Below, in pieces: positions 41,290 through 49,918 of a DNA stretch of 64,000 nt; position 1 is the first letter of the stretch; the number at the start of each line of letters is the position of its first letter. Origin of the DNA: Vampirovibrionaceae bacterium NZW_1234 (GTDB taxonomy: Bacteria; Cyanobacteriota; Vampirovibrionia; Vampirovibrionales; JAGQHJ01); the NCBI GenBank assembly GCA_041697335.1, contig JBGUGD010000010.1, positions 28,883-92,882 on the forward strand, in the 5' to 3' direction. The notes beneath the pieces were generated by a model. It was not told where the DNA came from. It did not search any database and worked only from the letters and a program-made list of their open reading frames with translations. Both the position numbers and the translations under genes were made by a program.

Positions 41290-41847
41290 CTAGACTTTTA
41301 AAAAGGATTTAATGCCTTTAAACATAGCTTGAATCAAGCCGGCATTGGCGAGCGGGTCAATACCACCGGCAATCAAGTGTTGTTGCAAGCGGGTTTCCCA
41401 GTATTGGTAGAGTTCTTCACGAGACACGCCCAACACATCACCAATGGCGCTCAATTGGTTCCAATCCAGCGGCAAGGGCAATGCACCACGCCACATATCC
41501 ACGATTTCAACCCGTTGAGCGCGGGGAAAACGCTTTAAAAGCTGGACATTGCTCAAGTTTGCCTGTTTCTGCTTTTCTTTCAGGAATTGCACACCGTAGT
41601 CAATGACCCGAGGCTCTTCGCTGTGCTTGTATTCCGGGAATGATTCGGGAGCCACGCCCATGACCACCGCAATGCGCTCCAAGGTGGTGGTCCGGGTCGA
41701 AAAGGACACTTCCGAACCGATAAGACTGTAGACGTAGGACAGCGTCACACCAATCATTTCTGCGAAGTCTTTTTTATGCAGGTTGGTTTCTTCCAGAAAC
41801 TGAATGAGGCGCTCACTACTATTTGAAACGGTTTCAGCCGTAACCAT
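41290..41847 (-). CDS. XRE/Cro-type helix-turn-helix regulator
   Basis: LHKKDFAEMIGVTLSYVYSL...TTLERIAVVMGV. Second degenerate HTH in the C-terminal half. Confidence 0.85.
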   Translation of the reverse strand: MVTAETVSNSSERLIQFLEETNLHKKDFAEMIGVTLSYVYSLIGSEVSFSTRTTTLERIAVVMGVAPESFPEYKHSEEPRVIDYGVQFLKEKQKQANLSNVQLLKRFPRAQRVEIVDMWRGALPLPLDWNQLSAIGDVLGVSREELYQYWETRLQQHLIAGGIDPLANAGLIQAMFKGIKSFLKV

Positions 41848-42208
41848 GATTATATTTTCCTCCCCCTGAGTGTTACTGCTATTGCTTGCGTAAACATGTT
41901 TTTACGAGGTCTCACTTTCATGACGTACGTAAAGCAACCTATGACAGGATTCTAACAAAAAAACATGATTTGTATAGAATTTTAGTAAACTTCTTGTGAA
42001 ATTTGAGTCAAACCTCTGCATCAAGGGCGTTTAAAGAGTTCATAATTCGACATATTTTCAATATCATCTTCATCGGCCAAACCCCATGGCGCGGGCGGAT
42101 TGGAGAAACACAAGGCAGGATAGTCCGTTTTTTGCCGGGCGATTCTGCTACAATAAGTCCACGGCCCTTGAGGCCAGGGGTGATTGCAATTTCGGAGGGC
42201 GTTGTCTC

Positions 42209-43003
42209 ATGGTGTCAGATGAATCTGTATTACAACCCATTATGCGCTTTTATTGGGTGCCCTCTTTTATGGCAGAGGGTGTTGATCAAATGGCGCTGGA
42301 TGAGGCCCTGCTCGAGTGGCTTCATCAAACAGAAACGCCGGCGCTGATTGTAAGGACCTATCAATGGGCGCAACCGACCCTTTCGTTGGGGGTTCATCAA
42401 AACGATCGCGACACATTGGCGGCCTATCGCTTTTACAGTGCGGACAAACCGGTGGCTTTGGTCAGACGCCCTACGGGTGGACGGGCTATTTTACATGGGG
42501 CGGATGTCTCCTATGCCATGGTGACCAATGCCCCTGGCATTTTGAGCCTATCGCTGGATGAGAGTTACTGCCTGATGATGACCTGGGTCCGCCAGGCTCT
42601 GGAGTCCGCAGGGGTCCCGCTGGTTACCTCTTGTGAAACGGATACCAAGCAATACCTGCGTTCGGCCTTATGCTTTGACACCAAGACGCCTTCGGATCTG
42701 ACCGCACCGGATGGCACCAAAGTGGCCGGGGCCGCTCAGCTTCGACGCAAATACGGGATTATGCAGCATGGTGCCATTTTTGCCGCACCTTTCGGGGTGT
42801 CTGCCGAGACCGTGGATCAAGCCTTATTTAAGCTTCTGTCGGCACGGGTGCCGAAGCCTTTTGACATTTTAGATCCAAACCGAACCAAGGCGTTGGCTGA
42901 TCAGTGGGCGATGATGAAGGATCGTTATTCAACAGAAACGTCACAAATCGTGATGAGGCTTTCCACCACGGCCGGATCCCACTTTGTGCCGGCTTCCAGC
43001 TGA
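42209..43003 (+). CDS. Lipoate-protein ligase / octanoyltransferase (LipM/LplA-like)
   Basis: MALDEALL, YQW..PTLSLG..Q, VRRPTGGRAILH, CF, KVAGAAQ, QHG. GGAGG RBS before ATG 42209. Confidence 0.92.
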   Translation: MVSDESVLQPIMRFYWVPSFMAEGVDQMALDEALLEWLHQTETPALIVRTYQWAQPTLSLGVHQNDRDTLAAYRFYSADKPVALVRRPTGGRAILHGADVSYAMVTNAPGILSLSLDESYCLMMTWVRQALESAGVPLVTSCETDTKQYLRSALCFDTKTPSDLTAPDGTKVAGAAQLRRKYGIMQHGAIFAAPFGVSAETVDQALFKLLSARVPKPFDILDPNRTKALADQWAMMKDRYSTETSQIVMRLSTTAGSHFVPASS

Positions 43004-44292
43004 AGCACTTTGAGGGCGGCTTCTTGCGATAAGGGGGTATCCCGGTAGGGCCGTGGGTGGGTCAGGGCATGATAGGCGTCGGCCACGGCGATAATCCGGG
43101 CTCCTAACGGAATGCTTCGACCCGAAAGGCCATGGGGGCTATCTTGGCCGTCCCAGCGTTCTTTCTGATAATCGATATACGGGATCACCTCGGCCAGGAA
43201 ATTCATCTTCATCAAAAGACCCACCCCGATGTTGGGCGAGTTTTTCAGGGCTTCACGCTCATCGGTTGTGAGGGCCTCTTCTTTGGTGAGAATTTCCTGC
43301 GGCACATGGATACGGCCCAATGAGCCTAAGAGGCCTGCATAGTAAACCAAATCCACGGTTTTTTCGTTCAGGTTCATGGCTTCGGCCAGTTCTTTGGCAA
43401 TTTTGGCAACCCCTTGGGCATGGCCCATAGTGTAGTCGTTTCTGGCATCAATGGCATAGGACAGGGATTCCACGAAGAACTGCTGATAGCGCCCCAGATC
43501 CGCAATGATCTCTGTCAGTTGCGCGCGTAAGCTCAGCATTTCGTTTACATCGGGTTCTTCATCCTCAAGCAATTGTTTGGTTTGATCCAGAAGCTGTTGC
43601 AGATGAAGGGAAACCACGAAGACTTTGGCAGTGGCTTCGGCCAAATCCACCAGTTCCTGGTTGAAGTCGATGGATTCGTAGGATTCAAACAGCAGCAGAC
43701 CTACATGCTTTGCCCCTTCCTGCATGGGGGCGGCAATCAGGGCCTGAACTTTGTCCTGTTGCAATTCGGGAATGGGTTTCCAGCCATGACTGCCTTCTTC
43801 CAGATACGGGATCATCATGGGGAAACCATCGTCATAGGCTTCGACCAAAAACAGTGATTTATCGGACAGGTCGTACCCAAGGTTCCAGCGTTTCTCGGGA
43901 ATTCCGTGAACGGACGTGCCGGTGAGGCTTAAAAAGTGCTCTTTATGGTCTTTATGAATGGTTTGGAAGATATGACACGCATCAACCTGAAACATTTCAG
44001 CCAGGCTCATGGCCATGGAGTCGTAGAGGACAAAGCCTTCATTGGTGTTAAATCCCAATAAGCTTAAGGTGTTATCTAACGAGTAGATTTGCACCAGCTC
44101 TTCGAGCTGCTTCTGAAGTTTTTCAGGGTTGGTGGTGACGGTCGCATTGATTTTGGAAAGCAAATCGTCCGAGATGAGATGCTCGGTGACGAAGTCGCCC
44201 ATATTTAAAGCAAAGATGGCTTCAAAAGCGTCGTCATTTTCCAGGTTGGGGGGATTAAAGGCTGAATCAGTCACGATCTTGTCTACGCTCAT
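42925..44292 (-). CDS. GAF plus degenerate HD-GYP domain protein
   Basis: GAF-like ALIAAPM..VGLL. DARNDYTMGH, ERWDG, IPLGARIIAVAD, RPYR, AGTKWDP. Confidence 0.88.
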   Translation of the reverse strand: MSVDKIVTDSAFNPPNLENDDAFEAIFALNMGDFVTEHLISDDLLSKINATVTTNPEKLQKQLEELVQIYSLDNTLSLLGFNTNEGFVLYDSMAMSLAEMFQVDACHIFQTIHKDHKEHFLSLTGTSVHGIPEKRWNLGYDLSDKSLFLVEAYDDGFPMMIPYLEEGSHGWKPIPELQQDKVQALIAAPMQEGAKHVGLLLFESYESIDFNQELVDLAEATAKVFVVSLHLQQLLDQTKQLLEDEEPDVNEMLSLRAQLTEIIADLGRYQQFFVESLSYAIDARNDYTMGHAQGVAKIAKELAEAMNLNEKTVDLVYYAGLLGSLGRIHVPQEILTKEEALTTDEREALKNSPNIGVGLLMKMNFLAEVIPYIDYQKERWDGQDSPHGLSGRSIPLGARIIAVADAYHALTHPRPYRDTPLSQEAALKVLQLEAGTKWDPAVVESLITICDVSVE

Positions 44293-44535
44293 GGTTGTCC
44301 TTGACGCAATGTCCTACGTGGTAGGTTTGTCGGCAAAGATGAGGGACTCTTTAGATGTGATTTTATCGTATCGGTCCAAACGCCGGATTTCAAAAGTGTT
44401 TTCGTCCATTTTACAGTTCGACAGGATCCTTTTTCAGAGGCAATTTTTCAGAGGGCTTTGAATTTATTGAAGATATTGCAATCGTATAGAAGTATGCCCC
44501 ACATTTTTCCTCGCGTGATGAAAGGACCCTAAGTT

Positions 44536-45132
44536 ATGCGCCTTACTGGATTTTCCCCTGCTGCTACCCTGCCTCGATTTCAAGGCAAAAGTGTCCGCTC
44601 GCATCAAGTGGAGGGTGAGCGCTCCCAAAATCAGCCAACGGTTGTTGGCCGTGGTAAATTTTCCGATTTAAGAACGCTTCAGGCCAATATCAGTCAAGCC
44701 CTGGGTGATCAACGTGTCTTTTTGACAGAATCCGGTGACAAGGTCTTGGGAATGATTATTGACGACAAGATTCCCCTGAGCACGGTCAGCCGGATTTTAG
44801 GGCCTGATGCCAATGCCGGAATTGCCCGCTTCCAGAGCTTCGAGCGCCATGTGTTGGTGTTGTTGGCTTCGGATAATCGCCAACAGCGAGAATACCAATT
44901 TGCCTATGACCCAGCCAATGACGAGTTAAGGGTCTCCACTCGGACTGGGATTCGTCTTCCACCTCAGGATAAAGATCAGGTGTTGTGGCAACTGGTTGCC
45001 CTCCCGCGCAAAGAAGCACTGACCTATGCCAATTATGAGGCAGGTGAGGATCAGGTCAGCCGCCTGGATAGCAAGTCGAAGATGGGGTACTTTGACAAGA
45101 CGTTGACCAATCGCCTGCCCAAAATGTATTAA
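44536..45132 (+). CDS. Hypothetical protein with PRFQG leader
   Basis: AAGGA RBS. MRLTGFSPAATLPRFQG. Followed by a terminator. Confidence 0.8.
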   Translation: MRLTGFSPAATLPRFQGKSVRSHQVEGERSQNQPTVVGRGKFSDLRTLQANISQALGDQRVFLTESGDKVLGMIIDDKIPLSTVSRILGPDANAGIARFQSFERHVLVLLASDNRQQREYQFAYDPANDELRVSTRTGIRLPPQDKDQVLWQLVALPRKEALTYANYEAGEDQVSRLDSKSKMGYFDKTLTNRLPKMY

Positions 45133-45155
45133 ACTGTTTTCACCGGTCTCAAAAG

Positions 45156-45194
45156 AAAACCCTGTCCAGCTGGAATGCGTGGGCAGGGTTTTTT
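45156..45194. terminator. Bidirectional intrinsic terminator
   Basis: AAAACCCTGTCCA...TGGGCAGGGTTTTTT between convergent genes. Confidence 0.8.
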
Positions 45195-45255
45195 GAGTGT
45201 TGAGGAGAGCCTCAAAAGTGGCTCGATTGGGTATGGGGTTTACTCATGTATGGCG

Positions 45256-46287
45256 CTATTGAGCCGCCAGGTATTCCCGAAGATGCTGGATGTCTTTGTT
45301 CATCCGCAACTTCTTCAACGACCGCTCTTCAATCTGGCGGATCCGTTCTTTGGAATAGCCCATGGCTTTGCCGATTTCCTCTAATGTCTTGCGATGACCA
45401 TTGTTCAGGCCATAACGTTCCTTCAGGATATGCTGTTCCTTCGGCGATAGAATATTAATGGCCTCCATAATGTCTTCGGACAAGAGCTTTTTGGAAATGA
45501 CATTGGTCGGGGAAACCTCTTCTGTGGGATCCTGGACGTAATCTTCCAACGTCAGGTCTTCGCCCACCGGGGTATCCAAGCTTTTTGACTCGGTAGCCAT
45601 GGCGGTGAGAATCGCCCGAATTTTCTTTTCCGGCAACTTCATTTCCTTGGCCAGCTCTTTCACATTGGGTTCCCGCCCCAACTTCAGTGACAAATCCCGG
45701 CTGGTGGTTTTCAACAGGCGGATTTTGTCGGACATGTGGATGGGAATCCGGATGGTCCGAGCCGTGTTGGCAATGGAGCGGATAATGGCCTGACGAATCC
45801 ACCAGGTGGCGTAGGTCGAAAACTTAAAGCCCTTGCGGTAGTCATAGCGCTCGACAGCTTTAATCAGACCCAGACAGCCTTCCTGGACCAGATCCATAAA
45901 CAGCACGCCCTGGCCAATGTATTTGCGGGCAATGCTAATAACCAGACGCAGGTTGGCATTCACCAGTTGTTCTCGGGCTTTTTGGCCTTCCTCGCCGCCC
46001 TGGCGGATTTTCTTCCCCAGTTCGATTTCCTCTTTATGGGTCAATAACGAGGAGCGGCCTACGTCCTTCAGAAACATCTGAAGAATGTCATCGCTCTTGT
46101 AATTGTACCGATCGCCCGAAGACAGGCTTTCGGATGCCAAGATCAACGGCTCTTCCGCATCTTCAAGGGTATCCTCTGCATCGTCGGCATCTTCCAACAA
46201 GATTTGTTCAATGATGCTGTCATCATCGACGACAACAGCGCTCTCTTCGGCAATATCAAATTCATCAACTCGTGGTTTCTTCCCCAT
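45256..46287 (-). CDS. RNA polymerase sigma-70 family factor (RpoD-like group 1/2)
   Basis: Acidic N-terminus, [48 protein letters not shown]. Confidence 0.96.
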   Translation of the reverse strand: MGKKPRVDEFDIAEESAVVVDDDSIIEQILLEDADDAEDTLEDAEEPLILASESLSSGDRYNYKSDDILQMFLKDVGRSSLLTHKEEIELGKKIRQGGEEGQKAREQLVNANLRLVISIARKYIGQGVLFMDLVQEGCLGLIKAVERYDYRKGFKFSTYATWWIRQAIIRSIANTARTIRIPIHMSDKIRLLKTTSRDLSLKLGREPNVKELAKEMKLPEKKIRAILTAMATESKSLDTPVGEDLTLEDYVQDPTEEVSPTNVISKKLLSEDIMEAINILSPKEQHILKERYGLNNGHRKTLEEIGKAMGYSKERIRQIEERSLKKLRMNKDIQHLREYLAAQ

Positions 46288-46472
46288 GGCCTCTTCCTCT
46301 CATGGTTAAAGGTCGTGACAGCGAACACATCGTTTTTCAGGATATAGTGATTGGAACACCTATACGTCTCATGACGGATCGCAGTGTTAGTTTGTTCCCC
46401 AGGTTGGGAATTGTTTTCTGTCCATTACTGTAACGCTTTTTTAAAACCAGATCCAGCAAACTCAGCAGTTTT

Positions 46473-46501
46473 AGAGGGTATCGAACTGGTCGATACCCTC
46501 T
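46473..46501. terminator. Stem-loop downstream of purH
   Basis: AGAGGGTATCGA-ACTGG-TCGATACCCTCT, a 12-bp inverted repeat. No clear U tract. Confidence 0.5.
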
Positions 46502-46573
46502 GATAGTCAGGATTTTTTTAATTAAAACAAATTGAAAGCGATGCCATGAAACGAACTCGGCAGTTTGACGGTA

Positions 46574-48115
46574 TTAATGCTTAAAGCATCGCTCATGGGT
46601 CAAAATCATGGCCAAGCCGTGCTGATCGGCGGCCGAGATGACCTCGGGGTCCTTGATGCTGCCGCCAGGCTGCACAATCACCGAGATGCCGGCCGAGGCT
46701 GCGGCCTCAATATTGTCTGTTGCCGGGAAAAAGCCGTCACTGGCCAGTACTGCCCCTTGGGCATTCTCACCGGCCTGGCGAAGTGCATTCTCCACGCTGG
46801 CAATCCGACTGGTCTGGCCGATACCAAAGCCGATGGTCTGACCATTTTTAACCACCACAATGGCGTTTGAGGTCAGGTGCTTCACGATGGCCCAGGCAAA
46901 GGCTACATCTGAGGGAGTGTGATCCGGCAGGGCGTGTTGGGTGACGGTGGTCAGTTCCGGGGTGTCCCGAGACACCGTGGTTTCCTGCAGGAGAACCCCA
47001 AAATCGTCCAGATCCTTAATCATCCAGGAGGGGCCTTGGGCGTGGGGCTGGGTGATACCCGGCACCTTCAGCACTCGCACATTTTTCTTGCTGCTCAGCA
47101 TGGCCAGGGCTTCCGGGGTAAAATCGGGGGCCATCACGATTTCCACAAAGTGCTGGGTGATATCGGCCACAATGGTTTCGGTCACGGTACGGTTGAAACC
47201 GAAGATCCCGCCAAAGGCACTAATCGGGTCTGCCTGGTAGGCTTTATGATAGGCTTCTTCGATGGATCCGGCAATGGCCACACCGCACGGGTTGTTGTGC
47301 TTGATGATGCAGCAGGCCGGATCCCGGGGAAATTCCCGCAGGATGGTGTAGGCCGCATGGGCGTCCACCAGGTTATTGGCGGACATCTGCTTGCCCTGAA
47401 GCTGCTCGAAGGGCTTGGTCATGGGGCCTGTTCCTTGTTTGTACCAAGAGGCTTGCTGATGCGGATTTTCGCCATACCGTAAATCTTCCAGCTTGCTGAA
47501 GTGGAGGTTCAATTCCGCCGGGGTGACATCACCTTCGGCCCGAAGCAGGTAGGCCGAAATCAAGGCATCATAATGTGACACGGCTTCAAAGGCTTTTCGT
47601 GCCAGCATCTGGCGGAAGGTTACCGAGGTTTTGCCCCCGTTGTTGATGACTTCCTGAAAGACACTGGCGTAAAACGTGGGGTTGGGGATGACGACAGTGC
47701 GACTGTAGTTTTTGGCCGCTGCCCGAATCAGGGCTACGCCACCGATGTCGATGTTTTCAATAATCTGATCGTGAGAAGCGTCGGGCTTTCGAGAGACGGA
47801 CTCAAAGGGATACAGGTTCACAATGACCATATCAAAAGAGGGAATCTGGTAGGTTTCCAGTTGATGGGCATGTTCCGGCGTGCTCTTGGCTAAGATGCCG
47901 CCAAAGACCTTGGGGTGAAGGGTCTTCACGCGTCCATCCAGGATTTCAGGAAAGCCGGTGACGGATTCCACCGTTTCGCAGCTCAGGCCGGCTTTCTGCA
48001 AATGCTGGGCCGTGGAGCCGGTGGCAATAATACGAAGCGGGCTTACGTTCTGGAGGTTCTGGAGAAACTCCACCAAGCCGGTTTTATCGGACACACTGGC
48101 AAGAACCGTAATCAT
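46574..48115 (-). CDS. purH: Bifunctional AICAR transformylase / IMP cyclohydrolase
   Basis: SVSDKTGL, GRVKTLHP, IDIGG, LRYGENPHQ, KHNNPCG, ASDGFFP, QPGGSIKD. Confidence 0.98.
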   Translation of the reverse strand: MITVLASVSDKTGLVEFLQNLQNVSPLRIIATGSTAQHLQKAGLSCETVESVTGFPEILDGRVKTLHPKVFGGILAKSTPEHAHQLETYQIPSFDMVIVNLYPFESVSRKPDASHDQIIENIDIGGVALIRAAAKNYSRTVVIPNPTFYASVFQEVINNGGKTSVTFRQMLARKAFEAVSHYDALISAYLLRAEGDVTPAELNLHFSKLEDLRYGENPHQQASWYKQGTGPMTKPFEQLQGKQMSANNLVDAHAAYTILREFPRDPACCIIKHNNPCGVAIAGSIEEAYHKAYQADPISAFGGIFGFNRTVTETIVADITQHFVEIVMAPDFTPEALAMLSSKKNVRVLKVPGITQPHAQGPSWMIKDLDDFGVLLQETTVSRDTPELTTVTQHALPDHTPSDVAFAWAIVKHLTSNAIVVVKNGQTIGFGIGQTSRIASVENALRQAGENAQGAVLASDGFFPATDNIEAAASAGISVIVQPGGSIKDPEVISAADQHGLAMILTHERCFKH

Positions 48116-48131
48116 AGGTGTCTTCCTTTCT

Positions 48132-49136
48132 TCAGGGGGTCGAATGGGTCACGGTAATACTGTAGGCAGGCAGACGAACCTGGCCACGAGCGTCGGTCAC
48201 TTCGCCCACCACGTGGGCTGGGAAACCTGCCGCCGCAAGATCGTCGGCAACAGCCTGGGCCTGGGATTCATCAACGATTATGGCAAGCCCCATTCCCATA
48301 TTGAAGGTCTTAAACCCTTCTTCCACAGGAAGCCCAAGGGCCAGCATCTTTTCAAACACGGGCAGCAGGGGCAGGGGGTGGGTCAAGTCGAATCCCACAT
48401 CCGGATTCAGGCGAAACAGGTTGCGAAGGCCACCGCCCGTGATATGGGCCAAGCCATGAACGGCTGCGCCATGGCGTTTAAGCACCGAGAGCACCGGGCG
48501 CACATAAATACGGGTGGGCTCCAGCAACAGACGCAGGTCGCTTTCCTCGGTCAACAGTTTTCGGGCCAGAGATAAGCCGTTGCTATGAATACCGCTTGAG
48601 GCCACGCCCACCACCCGTTGGCCCGGGCGAATGGTCGTGCCGGTAATCAGGTTTTCTGGGGAGAGGTCTCCCACGGCAAAGCCCGCCAAATCGTAATGAT
48701 CGCCCTCGTAGACGTTGGGCATTTCGGCGGTCTCGCCGCCCACGAGGAGCATGTCCGCCTGATCACAGCCTGCCGCAATCCCTTCCATCAGGGCAAGGCC
48801 CATCTCGACATTCAGGGTCCCGGTGGCATAATAGTCCAGAAACAGGGTGGGGGTTGCCCCGACGCAAATCAGGTCGTTGGCACACATGGCGACCAGGTCA
48901 ATGCCGATGCCGTGATGCTGGCCAAACTGATGGGCCACTAGGACTTTGGTCCCAACCCCATCGGTCGTCAGGGCAATCCAGCGCGCCTCCGTTAGAGGGT
49001 AGACGGCGGCATAGCCTCCGGCCCCGGCTTTCAGTTTGTCGTGTCCCGGGCGTTTGACCAGGTGCTTGAGTCGAGCCACAAATTGATCGCCGCGCTCGAC
49101 GCTGACGCCTGCAGCTTCGTACGAGGACAGGGTCAT
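48132..49136 (-). CDS. purM: Phosphoribosylformylglycinamidine cyclo-ligase
   Basis: Y..AGV, DGVGTK, GGETAEMP, SSGIHSNG, AHITGGG, TFNMGMG. Confidence 0.98.
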   Translation of the reverse strand: MTLSSYEAAGVSVERGDQFVARLKHLVKRPGHDKLKAGAGGYAAVYPLTEARWIALTTDGVGTKVLVAHQFGQHHGIGIDLVAMCANDLICVGATPTLFLDYYATGTLNVEMGLALMEGIAAGCDQADMLLVGGETAEMPNVYEGDHYDLAGFAVGDLSPENLITGTTIRPGQRVVGVASSGIHSNGLSLARKLLTEESDLRLLLEPTRIYVRPVLSVLKRHGAAVHGLAHITGGGLRNLFRLNPDVGFDLTHPLPLLPVFEKMLALGLPVEEGFKTFNMGMGLAIIVDESQAQAVADDLAAAGFPAHVVGEVTDARGQVRLPAYSITVTHSTP

Positions 49137-49918
49137 ACGGCGCTCCTCTCCGGGGTCCCAGCGGTGCTCAGCGGGGTGTCTGATTGCCCGTTGCGGACAG
49201 CCGAGACCATATTCTGGAAGATCTGGAGGCCCGGGGGCGTGCTTTGACGTTCCTCCGGGGTCATGCTGGTCCAGGCCGGATGTTGGGTCCAGCGCACAAA
49301 GGCTTCCGGGTGCGGCATCAGCCCCAGGACATTGCCACGCTCGTTAATGAGTCCGGCAATCTGCTGATGGGAGCCGTTGACGTCGTCGGTATAGGTGAGG
49401 CCGATGTGGGCCGCAATGGGGGTGTCTTCCGGTACAATCAGGCGGCCTTCGCCATGACGGATGGGGAGCATAAACTCGCTGAGCCCCTTGAAGAACAAGG
49501 TGTCCGGGTTGGCCTGGACGGTCACCCAGCGATTGATAAAGCGCTTTTGCCGATTGTGGGTTAACGTAACCTGTTGGGTTTTGGCATCGCTTCGGGGCAG
49601 AATCCCTAGCTTGACCAGGGCTTGAAAGCCATTGCAGATGCCAATGACCAGCTTGTCTTCAGAGATAAAGGTCTGAAGCAGTTCGCCCAATTGCTGCTGG
49701 AGTTTTAACGCCAGAATCTTGCCGCTGCTCACTTCATCGCCAAAGGAAAACCCTCCGGGCAGGGCGAGGATTTGGGCGTCTGACAGTTGACCGGGATGGG
49801 CAATGAGCTGATTGATGTGCAGGATCTGACACTGGGCGCCGGCCTGGCTTAACGCAAAGGCGGTTTCTTCTTCGCAGTTAATGCCATCGCCGGTGATAAT
49901 CAAGGCGTTTGGGCTCAT
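49133..49918 (-). CDS. purQ: FGAM synthase glutaminase subunit
   Basis: GINCEEE, PGGFSFGD, GICNGFQ, HGEG, GLMPHPE. Confidence 0.96.
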   Translation of the reverse strand: MSPNALIITGDGINCEEETAFALSQAGAQCQILHINQLIAHPGQLSDAQILALPGGFSFGDEVSSGKILALKLQQQLGELLQTFISEDKLVIGICNGFQALVKLGILPRSDAKTQQVTLTHNRQKRFINRWVTVQANPDTLFFKGLSEFMLPIRHGEGRLIVPEDTPIAAHIGLTYTDDVNGSHQQIAGLINERGNVLGLMPHPEAFVRWTQHPAWTSMTPEERQSTPPGLQIFQNMVSAVRNGQSDTPLSTAGTPERSAV

